Shown: one piece after another, positions 1-8,804 of the stretch | Layout of the letters: each line of letters begins with the position of its first letter | Position numbering within the stretch: position 1 is the first letter of the stretch | Sequence record: SRR20825010_4140 | Length of the DNA: 32,317 nt | Direction: 5' to 3' (one strand) | Made by a program: the position numbers and the translations under genes | The notes under the pieces: generated by a model | What the model saw: the letters and a program-made list of their open reading frames with translations, nothing else | Databases searched by the model: none | Told to the model about the DNA's origin: nothing

Positions 1-28
1 TTGTAGCTTGTAGCTTGTAGCTTGTAGC
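1..28. repeat. Perfect heptamer tandem repeat (TTGTAGC)x4, possibly truncated by the window edge
   Basis: Four exact copies at 1-28, directly abutting the crbS stop codon (TTA at 29-31). Confidence 0.95.
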
Positions 29-3000
29 TTAGAGAATCCCTTCCAGTGTTCGCTGCAATATGGCTTCCGAAATCGGTTTTTGCAGGAACCCGACGCCTTG
101 CTCTTCGGCTCTGGCGCGCACTTCCGGGCGCCGGTCTGCGGTCATCAACACGGCGGGAATGACGTCTTCCCAGCAATGATCCAGCGCTTCAATCACATCA
201 AACCCGTCTTCATGATCCAACTGGAAATCCACCAGCAATACATCCGGCACCCAGCTTTGCGCCGCCTTCTCCTGTGCTTCCTGCAGGCCGCTGGCTGCGA
301 CCACCTCGCAACCCAGGGTTTGCAGGGCCGCCACCAGGCTCGCCAACAGCGCGGAATCATTATCCACACAGAAAACACGCACGCCCTGGATATCCCGGCG
401 CTCACGCAACGGTTCATCCTGCAGCAATGGTGGCACGTCCCCTGTCGATAGCGGCAGCGTTACGCTGAAGACGGTGCCTTTATCCGGCCAGGAGCGGACG
501 GTTAACGCATGGCCCAGCAAACGACAAATCCGGTCGGCGATGGCCAGCCCCAACCCCAGACCTTTCACCTCACGATTATGCAGCTGGGGCAGGCGATGAA
601 ACTCCCGGAAGATCTGTTCATGTTGATCACCGGGAATCCCCGGCCCGGTATCCCACACATCAATGCGCACGGCATTGTGCAGCCGGCGCGCACCGAACAG
701 GATGCGCCCGGAATCCGTATATCGAACCGCATTGGACAGCAGGTTCTGCAATACCCGCCGCAATAACACTTCATCGCTGTCCACCACCGCACTGCACGAT
801 ACCGCTCGCAACGTCAGCCCTTGCGCGCTGGCCAGCGCAGAAAACTCCTGACTCAGCGGCGTCATCAATGACGACAAACGCAAAGGGTGGATGTGCGTCG
901 CCATGGTGCCGGTATCCAGTTTGCTGATTTCCAGCAACGCAGAAATAATCTGTTCGGCCGCTTGCAGGGAACTGTCGATATGTCCGAGTACCTGCACCTC
1001 ATGGTCGAACTGCCCCTTTTCCTGGCTACGCAACTGCTGACGCAACGATGAAGTAAACAACTGCGCGGCATTCAAAGGCTGCATCAAGTCATGGCCGGCG
1101 GCCGCCAGGAACCGGGTTTTCCCTTCATTGGCCTGTGCCAGCTTGGCATTCAACTCTGACAGTTTCCGGGTGCGTTCCGAGACCATCTGCTCCAGATTTT
1201 CATTGATCTGGCGCAGCGCTTTTTCATCGTGCTTGCGCTCGGTGATGTCCATATACGTGCTGACAAAACCGCCGCCCACCATGGGAGTACCACGCACTTC
1301 CACCACGATGCCATTGGGCAGCTCCCGCTCGAACTGGTGGGCATAGCCTTCGCGCAGCAATTGCACCCGTCGCGTCACGTTTTCTTCCATATTTTCGCCG
1401 TCGTAATAACCCCGTTCAGCGTTATAGCGATACACGTCGGCGATGGAGCGCCCCAACCGAATCAACCCGTCCGGATAATCAAACAGCTTTACGTAGGCCT
1501 GATTCCAGGCCACCACCTGCATATCCCGGTCCACCACACAGATGCCCTGACTAATGGTTTCAATGGTGGTGCGCAGCAGCTGATGGTTGAACTGAATCAG
1601 CTCAGAGGCTTCGTCCATCATCCGCACCACATCATCGTGGCGGCCATTCTGTTTGCGCAGCAACGAGCTCATCACAATGCGGGCGGTGGACGCCCCCATG
1701 GTGCCCGCCAGCAACCGTTCCACATATCGCACCAAATGCAGGGGCGCCGGCAATTCCAATTCTTCCGACACTCCACGCCGGCGCATGTAATCGAAGAACA
1801 GGGGTTCCGCCCGTGGATGCCCCAACCCGCGCTTGCAGACTTCCAGCAACTCGATAGTGGTAATGGAGGGGTGGCCCATGCCTTCGCGCCACCAGTCCGT
1901 GGGCATATCCACAAACCGGGCGGCCTGAGCTTCATCCAGGGCATCATGGTTGGCCCGGCGGGAATAGTAGATAAACGCGGCCAAATTCACCGACACAGAC
2001 CAGAACACCCCGTGGGTCAGCGGTTCCAGCCCTTCGATGCCGAACATGGCATGGGGACGTAGCAGGCCCAGGCCGAACAGCCCCTGGGTATTGAGCACGG
2101 TCACCCACTCCACGGGCAAAATCACCGGTGCCAGCAGGCAGTAAAACCACACCACAAACCCCAGCGCCAAGCCGATGAACGCACCCTGCTTATGACCATT
2201 GCGCCAGTACAGGGCACCGATCAGTGATGGGGCGAACTGGGCCACTGCGGCAAACGACAGCAGCCCGATACTGGCAAGGCCGTCGAACCGGTCGATCAGC
2301 GTATGGAAGGCAAACGCCAGCCCCAGCAGTACCAGAATGCTGGCCCGGCGCAGAAAGCGCAGTTGCGTGCTGAGATCCGACAGCTGATCCTTTTCATTGA
2401 GCCGCGACTGCAACCACATGGGCAGCAGCACTTCGTTGGTCAACATAATGGCCAGCGCCATGGTGGAGACAATCACCATGCCAGTGGCCGCCGCAATCCC
2501 GCCAATAAACGACAGCATCAACATGCCATGGCTGCCCTGAGCCATGGGCAGTGACAGCATGTAGGTGTCCGCATGACCGATCAGGTAGGGCTGGGTAATC
2601 ACGCCGGCAATCACAATCGGCAGAACAAAAATCGCAAACAGCGCCAGGTACAACGGAAACAACCAGCGTGTGGTGCGCAAATGGCGCAGGTCATTGTTTT
2701 CTACCACACCGGCATGGAACTGACGGGGCAGACAGAGAATCGCCACCATGGAAAGCAATAATGAAGTGACGAAACTTTGCGAAAACAGGGTCGGTTCAAA
2801 ACTCTGCATGACATCGCTGCGCTCGCTCAGCTGCTGCCACATATCCACCGGGCCATCAAAAATGGCATACAGGCAATACAAGCCCAGCCCGACAAACGCC
2901 ACAACCTTGATAAAGGATTCAAAACTCACCGCCAGCATCAAGCCGGATTGGTGTTCGGTGGTATCGATATGTCGGGTACCGAACAGCAAGGTAAAAATAG

Positions 3001-3496
3001 CCATCAGCGCAGCGACCACCAGCGCCGTATCCACCTGGCCCGGCGCAGACGCCTCCAGCACATAATCAAACGACAGGGTGACGGCTTTTAACTGTAAGGC
3101 GATGTAGGGCAGCACCCCGACAATGGCCACCAGGGTGACCAGCACAGCAAGCCGGCGGGATTTCCCGTAACGGGCGGCCAGGAAATCGGCAATGGAGGTA
3201 ATGTGTTGCTGCTGGGCAACCGACACCATCTTGTAGATCAGTGAACCGCCCAGCAATACGGTAATGATCGGCCCCAGATAAATCGGCAGATAGTTCCAGC
3301 CATTCTGGGCGGCTTCACCAACGGCGCCGTAGAAAGTCCATGAGGTGCAATAGACACCCAGCCCCAGGCTATACACCCAGGCATTGTGGAAGGTCTTGCG
3401 GCCCTGCCGGGCAGCGCGGTCGCCCCACCAGGCGATAACGAACAACACCAACACATAAGCCAGCGCCAACGCACCCAATTGCCACAATGAAAACAC
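29..3496 (-). CDS. crbS: CrbS/MxtR-type hybrid sensor histidine kinase (SLC5 transporter-like, STAC, PAS, HisKA, HATPase and REC domains)
   Basis: 1155 aa. N-terminal multi-TM SSS-like domain (YSLGLGVYCTSWTFYG, LPRQFH). STAC-like segment VERLLAGTMGASTARIVM. H-box FLAAAGHDLMQPLNAA, N-box LQNLLSNAVRYT, DTGPG and GLGLGL motifs, receiver DVLLVDFQLD. GTG start with GGAGAGG RBS. Lies next to an actP-like gene. Confidence 0.88.
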   Translation of the reverse strand: MFSLWQLGALALAYVLVLFVIAWWGDRAARQGRKTFHNAWVYSLGLGVYCTSWTFYGAVGEAAQNGWNYLPIYLGPIITVLLGGSLIYKMVSVAQQQHITSIADFLAARYGKSRRLAVLVTLVAIVGVLPYIALQLKAVTLSFDYVLEASAPGQVDTALVVAALMAIFTLLFGTRHIDTTEHQSGLMLAVSFESFIKVVAFVGLGLYCLYAIFDGPVDMWQQLSERSDVMQSFEPTLFSQSFVTSLLLSMVAILCLPRQFHAGVVENNDLRHLRTTRWLFPLYLALFAIFVLPIVIAGVITQPYLIGHADTYMLSLPMAQGSHGMLMLSFIGGIAAATGMVIVSTMALAIMLTNEVLLPMWLQSRLNEKDQLSDLSTQLRFLRRASILVLLGLAFAFHTLIDRFDGLASIGLLSFAAVAQFAPSLIGALYWRNGHKQGAFIGLALGFVVWFYCLLAPVILPVEWVTVLNTQGLFGLGLLRPHAMFGIEGLEPLTHGVFWSVSVNLAAFIYYSRRANHDALDEAQAARFVDMPTDWWREGMGHPSITTIELLEVCKRGLGHPRAEPLFFDYMRRRGVSEELELPAPLHLVRYVERLLAGTMGASTARIVMSSLLRKQNGRHDDVVRMMDEASELIQFNHQLLRTTIETISQGICVVDRDMQVVAWNQAYVKLFDYPDGLIRLGRSIADVYRYNAERGYYDGENMEENVTRRVQLLREGYAHQFERELPNGIVVEVRGTPMVGGGFVSTYMDITERKHDEKALRQINENLEQMVSERTRKLSELNAKLAQANEGKTRFLAAAGHDLMQPLNAAQLFTSSLRQQLRSQEKGQFDHEVQVLGHIDSSLQAAEQIISALLEISKLDTGTMATHIHPLRLSSLMTPLSQEFSALASAQGLTLRAVSCSAVVDSDEVLLRRVLQNLLSNAVRYTDSGRILFGARRLHNAVRIDVWDTGPGIPGDQHEQIFREFHRLPQLHNREVKGLGLGLAIADRICRLLGHALTVRSWPDKGTVFSVTLPLSTGDVPPLLQDEPLRERRDIQGVRVFCVDNDSALLASLVAALQTLGCEVVAASGLQEAQEKAAQSWVPDVLLVDFQLDHEDGFDVIEALDHCWEDVIPAVLMTADRRPEVRARAEEQGVGFLQKPISEAILQRTLEGIL

Positions 3497-3532
3497 CGCC
3501 TCTCCCCGTTGGTGACTGAACCCGCCGAATTC

Positions 3533-3598
3533 AGCAAGCGCGCTTCGCGCATTTACCTGTTGCGTCGAGCATGCTGCCTGTTGCGACGCCTGTTGAGC
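3533..3598. repeat. Degenerate heptamer array with a weak inverted partner
   Basis: GTTGCGT CGAGCAT GCTGCCT GTTGCGA (3559-3586), then GTTGAGC abutting the stop at 3599. Opposite-sense units GCGCTTC GCGCATT at 3540-3553. Confidence 0.5.
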
Positions 3599-3814
3599 TT
3601 ATAGCAGCGCCTGGGCAAAGCGTAGCACCACCGCTACCAGTAGCAGAGCTATGCCGCCACGCTGCAATTTAAACTCCACCACATTGAGTGCCATGGCCCG
3701 GCGCCAGAACATGACCAGCCCCTGACCATCGCCGGTACGGCGCCAGTAGCGAAAATAGGCGTATAGAACCAGGCAGAGGCCCGCTATCAGCGCTATTTTT
3801 TCTGCATAGAACAT
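3599..3814 (-). CDS. Small hypothetical membrane protein (2 predicted TM segments)
   Basis: About 71-73 aa with two hydrophobic stretches. RBS GGAAGGGAG. ATG at 3814 preferred over GTG at 3820. Co-oriented between the exonuclease and crbS. Confidence 0.6.
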   Translation of the reverse strand: MFYAEKIALIAGLCLVLYAYFRYWRRTGDGQGLVMFWRRAMALNVVEFKLQRGGIALLLVAVVLRFAQALL

Positions 3815-3844
3815 CAGCACTCCCTTCCTTTTTATCGGCCGTCG

Positions 3845-4498
3845 TTAATTCAAAGTAGATTTCTGTAGTTGCAGGTACATCAGCGCACTGGTGACCGCAT
3901 CTCCCCGGGCGGTGTGCCGCTCCATCACCGGCACCTGCAAGGCACCGGCCATGGCATCAAAGCGCAGATCCGGAGTCATCTCTGGTTGCCAATAGCGCAT
4001 CTTTTTCTGATACAAGGCCGACAACTCGATGGTGTCATTGGGTAAATCGAACCCCATTAACGGACGCAAATAGCGATTAATCATGGCCACATCAAAAGCC
4101 ACGCACCAACCCACCAGCGGGCGATTACCAATGAATGCCAGCAAGGCATCCAGCGCGTCGCGCACACTTTCACCGCCTTCCAGATCCACCGGACGCAACC
4201 GATGGATGCGAATCGTATCCTCCTTGAGGCTGTCCGGCGTCATCAGCTTCACATCCAGACTCTGGCTACTGAGTACCCGTCCATCTTTTATGACCACCGC
4301 CGCAATGGAGACCAGTTCTGCGGTGCGACTGTCCAGACCCGTGGTTTCGCAATCGATGGCAACGACCTGATCCCCAGCATAGGCGGCAAACAGGTGTGCA
4401 TAGGGGCCTCGCCCATAGCGATAGCGATCACGGAGGCGACGCCATTTGGATCTGGACCATTGCGGCCACATATTTTTCCACCATGACTCACCGCGCAT
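3845..4498 (-). CDS. DEDDh 3'-5' exonuclease family protein (DnaQ/epsilon-like, DUF294-associated type)
   Basis: Exo I VAIDCETTGLD, Exo II VAFDVAMI, Exo III HTARGDA. Start is uncertain (TTG 4504, ATG 4498 or ATG 4471). Directly follows the DUF294 gene. Confidence 0.85.
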   Translation of the reverse strand: MRGESWWKNMWPQWSRSKWRRLRDRYRYGRGPYAHLFAAYAGDQVVAIDCETTGLDSRTAELVSIAAVVIKDGRVLSSQSLDVKLMTPDSLKEDTIRIHRLRPVDLEGGESVRDALDALLAFIGNRPLVGWCVAFDVAMINRYLRPLMGFDLPNDTIELSALYQKKMRYWQPEMTPDLRFDAMAGALQVPVMERHTARGDAVTSALMYLQLQKSTLN

Positions 4499-4500
4499 GC

Positions 4501-6312
4501 TCAATATTCCAAATGAAAACGGCGCGACAACCGTTGTTTAAAATCGCTAACCAGATGCAACGCATCGCGTAACAGATCTCTTTCCAGTGAAGACAGCTGT
4601 TGTACCACGATATGATTATCTTCCACGGCATCGTCTTCGCCCTGCAATTTGGCCAGCTGTCGAGTCAAGCGCAGTTCACTGAAAAGCTCCATGGCCTCGC
4701 CCAGATCTTCGGCAAAGCCGGGCTCCAGCGCCCCTGCGGCGACCAGCTTGTCCAGCCTCGCCAGGGTTGAGGTTTCCCGGATTCGGCACTGCAAGGCCAT
4801 GGCCCGAACACCATGCACCAAGGGAAACAGGGCGCCCTTCTTTATATCGATACCATGCTGGGGTTTCTTCAGCGACCCAAACAGATTCAGTGGAGTGGAA
4901 AACTGCAGGACCGGGCGGGCAAAGTGGGCCAGAAGCAACTGATCATCGCTGCACCGTGAAAACAGGGTATCGCGCACGGCTTCCAGCAGCCCGGCATCAC
5001 CGGCTACTGCGTGGGCATCGGTGAGGATTGTCAGGTTCAGCAGGCCTTTCCCGCCCGGATCAGCGGCCCAGTCATGCACGCGCTGCTGCCAACGCGACAC
5101 CGGGCCGGTCCACTGCGAATTGGAAACCATTACGTTACCCGGACAGGGAGGGTAACCCAACGACAGCAGCGTACGGGTAAAGCGCTGCATATCCTGATCA
5201 CAACCGGGCCATTGCTGATGGTCGCCCAAAATCAGGCCGTTATCCTGGTCGGTTTTCAGTATTTGCTCACCCCGCCCTTCGCTGCCCATGACCATCAGGC
5301 AGGCACGCTGCTGGTCGGCGGGCACCACCATTTCGAAGGCTTTACTCATCAGGCGACCATTGAGGGCGGCCAGCAAATCCATGGCAAACCGCATTTTTAC
5401 GCCCTGCGCCATCAAGGTATCCACCAGGTCAGGCAGTCGAGCGCTGGCCAGTTGCAGCGCCTCCAGCGTATCCGCTTTTTCGATTTCCAACCCAACCACA
5501 TAGGAACGACTGGAAAAGAAACTAAGCACATCGGTGAGCTCCACTACGCCCACTGCAACGCCATTTTCCATGACCACCACCCGCGCCACCTTGTGCCGGG
5601 TCATGCGGGTCAAGGCTGCGAACAGGTAATCGCCCGGACGGGCAGTAACCAACTCGGTTTCTGCCACCTCAGCCAGACGGGTATCCGGCGATTGATTGCT
5701 CATCACCAGCGCGGTCAACAAATCCGTCTTGGTGACAATGGCGTAATGCTGTTGATGCTGTATTAGCACGCTGTCCACGCCGTGTTGTTTCAGCGCGGTC
5801 ACGGCATCACGCACGGTGGCCTGTTCCGGCATAATCAGGGGCTCACGCATGCACGCGTCTACCCGTGCCAGCATAAAGCCCGCCAGCGTCACGCCCCCTT
5901 CCCGGCGTTCTGCCAGGCGCTGGTTTTTCTCCGCCAGGCGCTGGCTAAAATAACGGCCAAATTCGGCCTCGCTTGCACACAGTTCGCGAAACATGCCTGC
6001 GGGGATCAGGTAACACAGGGTTTGCTGTTCGGCCCGAAACCGGTAGCGGCTCTGGCCGTTCAGCACACTAATCGCCCCGAACAGATCCCCGGCGGCATAC
6101 ACTCCCACCTGCCGACGGCTATCCGGCGCGTTCACGTCCAGTTCTGCCACACTGCCCTTGTGCACAAGAAAGACAGAATCGCTGGTACTGGCCGCATCGA
6201 GAATAATGTCATCTGGCTCGTAATAGGCCAGATCGGTTCCTTCCTGCAAACGGCGGCGCCCGGCTTCACTCAGCTGGCTGAACGGGTACTGGTTCAGTTC
6301 CTGTTCAATCAT
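4501..6312 (-). CDS. cNMP-binding / CBS pair / DUF294 putative nucleotidyltransferase (COG2905-type signal transduction protein)
   Basis: N-terminal cNMP-like fold (VFLVHKGSV..GDLFG), two CBS repeats, Pol-beta NTase motif MGSEGRGEQILKTDQDNGLI, and C-terminal DIKKGALFPLVHG. ATG 6312 has a GGGGGTG RBS; alternative start 6330. Confidence 0.88.
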   Translation of the reverse strand: MIEQELNQYPFSQLSEAGRRRLQEGTDLAYYEPDDIILDAASTSDSVFLVHKGSVAELDVNAPDSRRQVGVYAAGDLFGAISVLNGQSRYRFRAEQQTLCYLIPAGMFRELCASEAEFGRYFSQRLAEKNQRLAERREGGVTLAGFMLARVDACMREPLIMPEQATVRDAVTALKQHGVDSVLIQHQQHYAIVTKTDLLTALVMSNQSPDTRLAEVAETELVTARPGDYLFAALTRMTRHKVARVVVMENGVAVGVVELTDVLSFFSSRSYVVGLEIEKADTLEALQLASARLPDLVDTLMAQGVKMRFAMDLLAALNGRLMSKAFEMVVPADQQRACLMVMGSEGRGEQILKTDQDNGLILGDHQQWPGCDQDMQRFTRTLLSLGYPPCPGNVMVSNSQWTGPVSRWQQRVHDWAADPGGKGLLNLTILTDAHAVAGDAGLLEAVRDTLFSRCSDDQLLLAHFARPVLQFSTPLNLFGSLKKPQHGIDIKKGALFPLVHGVRAMALQCRIRETSTLARLDKLVAAGALEPGFAEDLGEAMELFSELRLTRQLAKLQGEDDAVEDNHIVVQQLSSLERDLLRDALHLVSDFKQRLSRRFHLEY

Positions 6313-6357
6313 TCGGTTCACCCCCGCCATTGCGTCTTTGTTGCCATTATTAAACGC

Positions 6358-6399
6358 AAAAACCGGTGCGGGGAACTATCCCGCACCGGTTTCTGTTTT
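6358..6399 (-). terminator. Intrinsic terminator after actP
   Basis: 13-bp perfect stem AAACCGGTGCGGG (6360-6372) / CCCGCACCGGTTT (6380-6392), with T-runs on both strands. Confidence 0.75.
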
Positions 6400-6407
6400 A
6401 CCCGTAC

Positions 6408-8204
6408 TTAGTGTGCGGAGGCTTCACCGGCACCTCGCGGAATACGGATGTCTTCCACAATATGCTGGATATGCTCCGGAGGTGGTGCAGTCACACGGGA
6501 GACCGAGAAGGCCACCACAAAGTTGAGCACCATACCCAGGGTCCCGATACCTTCAGGGGACACACCCAGCCACCAATGTTCCGCGGTGTTCAGCTCTGGC
6601 GAGATGAACTTGAAGAACACGATGTAGCTGAAGGTAAAGACCAGACCAACCAGCATCCCGGCGATGGCCCCTTCCTTGTTCATCCGCTTGTAGAAGATGC
6701 CCATGAGGATCACCGGGAAGAAGCTGGCAGCGGCAAGGCCGAAGGCAAACGCCACCACCTGGGCGACAAAGCCGGGTGGATTTATCCCGAAGTAACCGGC
6801 AATCACGATAGCCACCACTGCCGCCCCGCGAGCCGCCAGTAACTCCTGCTTCTCACTGATATCCGGCATCAGGGTTTTCTTCAACAAGTCATGGGAGATA
6901 GCACTGGATATCACCAACAACAGCCCTGCTGCCGTGGACAATGCTGCCGCCACGCCACCGGCCGCCACCAGCGCAATCACCCAGCCCGGCAAATTGCCGA
7001 TTTCAGGGTTGGCCAGCACGATAATATCGCGATCGATATACACTTCAGAGGTGTTATCCGTCGGCGCATTGGTCAACACCCGCTCACCATAGCTACCTTT
7101 GGCCTCTTCACGGCTGCCGGCGTAGGTGGGCTTGCCTTCGAAAGGCGCACCGGCACGCATCTGCACAGCACCATCACCATTCTTGTCTACCCAACCGATC
7201 AGCCCAGAGTTTTCCCAGTTATAGAACCATTCCGGCAGTTCGGTGTATTGGGTTTCATTTACGGTGTCGATCAGGTTAAGCCGTGCGAACGCACCTACTG
7301 CCGGTGCGGAGGTGTACAGCAAGGCGATGAAAAACAACGCCCAGCCCGCACTGATACGAGCATCTTTTACTCGTGGCACGGTAAAGAAACGCACGATTAC
7401 GTGGGGCAGGCCCGCGGTACCGCACATCAATGCCGCCGCAATAAAGAACACATCAATGGTGGATTTGGAGCCTTCTGTGTATTCAGTAAAGCCAAGATCC
7501 GTTACCACCTGATCCAGCTTTTGCAGCAAATAGACGCCACTATCACCACCGGCGGAATCCAGCACCGTAGCACCAAACCCGGTTTGCGGAAGAACGTGGC
7601 CGGTCATCATGATAGACAGGAAAACCGCCGGCACCAGAAAAGCAAAAATCAATACACAGTATTGCGCTACCTGGGTATAAGTAATCCCTTTCATGCCACC
7701 AAGAACAGCATAGAAAAAGACGATGGCCATGCCGATCACCACGCCCACGTTCACGTCCACCTCCAGGAAGCGAGCGAACACAATACCCGTGCCGCGCATC
7801 TGCCCGGCCACATAGGTAAAGGACACGAAGATCACACAGATCACTGCCACCGTTCTGGCTACGTTGGAGTAGTAACGGTCACCAATAAAGTCCGGCACGG
7901 TAAATTTACCGAACTTGCGCAGGTAAGGTGCCAGCAGCATAGCCAACAGCACATACCCGCCTGTCCACCCCATCAGGTACACCGAGGCATCGTAACCGGA
8001 GTAAGCGATAATCCCGGCCATGGAAATGAACGAAGCCGCTGACATCCAGTCGGCAGCGGTGGCGGCCCCATTGGCGATCGGGGAAACCCCGCCACCGGCC
8101 ACATAAAAATCCTTGGTCGACCCAGCCCGTGACCAGATCGCAATCCCGATGTAGAGCGCAAACGAACCGCCTACAAAGAGATAAGTGAGTGTCTGAATAT
8201 CCAT
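6408..8204 (-). CDS. actP: Sodium:solute symporter, ActP-like cation/acetate permease (VC_2705 subfamily)
   Basis: 598 aa multi-TM protein with AADWMSAASF, LRKFGKFTVPDFIGDRY, GTAGLPHVIVRFFTVP and AAALSTAAGLL. Paired with an upstream DUF4212 gene. Substrate is inferred from context. Confidence 0.85.
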   Translation of the reverse strand: MDIQTLTYLFVGGSFALYIGIAIWSRAGSTKDFYVAGGGVSPIANGAATAADWMSAASFISMAGIIAYSGYDASVYLMGWTGGYVLLAMLLAPYLRKFGKFTVPDFIGDRYYSNVARTVAVICVIFVSFTYVAGQMRGTGIVFARFLEVDVNVGVVIGMAIVFFYAVLGGMKGITYTQVAQYCVLIFAFLVPAVFLSIMMTGHVLPQTGFGATVLDSAGGDSGVYLLQKLDQVVTDLGFTEYTEGSKSTIDVFFIAAALMCGTAGLPHVIVRFFTVPRVKDARISAGWALFFIALLYTSAPAVGAFARLNLIDTVNETQYTELPEWFYNWENSGLIGWVDKNGDGAVQMRAGAPFEGKPTYAGSREEAKGSYGERVLTNAPTDNTSEVYIDRDIIVLANPEIGNLPGWVIALVAAGGVAAALSTAAGLLLVISSAISHDLLKKTLMPDISEKQELLAARGAAVVAIVIAGYFGINPPGFVAQVVAFAFGLAAASFFPVILMGIFYKRMNKEGAIAGMLVGLVFTFSYIVFFKFISPELNTAEHWWLGVSPEGIGTLGMVLNFVVAFSVSRVTAPPPEHIQHIVEDIRIPRGAGEASAH

Positions 8205-8247
8205 AGGATGTCTCTCTTTATCGGTCTCTTTATCTGCTTTTCAGCGG

Positions 8248-8505
8248 TTAGTCTTCGTGGACATCAAATTTACGGTCCAGCTTGTTCATGGAGTGCGCGT
8301 ACTTGATGATCAGCACCAGGAACACATAGATCGCTCCCTGCTGCGCAAACCAGAAGCCCAGCTTGAAACCGAAGAATTGGATTTGATTGAGTTCATCTAC
8401 CAGCAATATGCCGCAGCCATAAGAGACAACGAACCAGATAGCAACGTAGGTAAAAATCAATCGCAGGTTAGCGGCCCAGTAGGCGCGGGCGTTTTCTTCT
8501 TTCAT
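8248..8505 (-). CDS. DUF4212 small membrane partner of the sodium:solute symporter
   Basis: 85 aa with AYWAANLRLI...GFKLGFWFAQQGAIYVF, two TM segments, immediately upstream of the symporter. Confidence 0.88.
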   Translation of the reverse strand: MKEENARAYWAANLRLIFTYVAIWFVVSYGCGILLVDELNQIQFFGFKLGFWFAQQGAIYVFLVLIIKYAHSMNKLDRKFDVHED

Positions 8506-8607
8506 TACTCGTCCCTCTGCGTCATCAGGAAATCAGGCCACCCCCTTTTCAGGCAGACAAGGGATAGGCTCGGTACCCAGACTAGCCAAAGGGCCATGGC
8601 AGCACAG

Positions 8608-8623
8608 TATGACTTTAGTCGAA
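8608..8623. promoter_or_regulatory. Putative CrbR/ErdR binding site
   Basis: TATGAC-TTTA-GTCGAA matches the GAC-N4-GTC palindrome described for CrbS/R targets (acs, actP). About 100 bp upstream of DUF4212-actP. A weaker copy TAGCC-AAAG-GGCCA lies at 8583-8596. Confidence 0.6.
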
Positions 8624-8804
8624 GTCGGCCAGGGCACAGCCGCGTAATGGCAGGCCGGAGCGCACGGGAAAGCGAGCTGCCCGGAAAAAGGCACCCCCGG
8701 CCTGTGATATCGGCGGTTTTCCGTTAAACTCGCGGGTCTGTTCGTTGAGCCCCATGGCTCAGACAGGGAATTTTCGAGTCGATAAAAACAATCATGGATA
8801 GATA

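Noticed and set aside
3845-4498. Calling the exonuclease dnaQ
   Set aside because: It lacks the C-terminal polymerase-binding extension, and its context is the DUF294 module.
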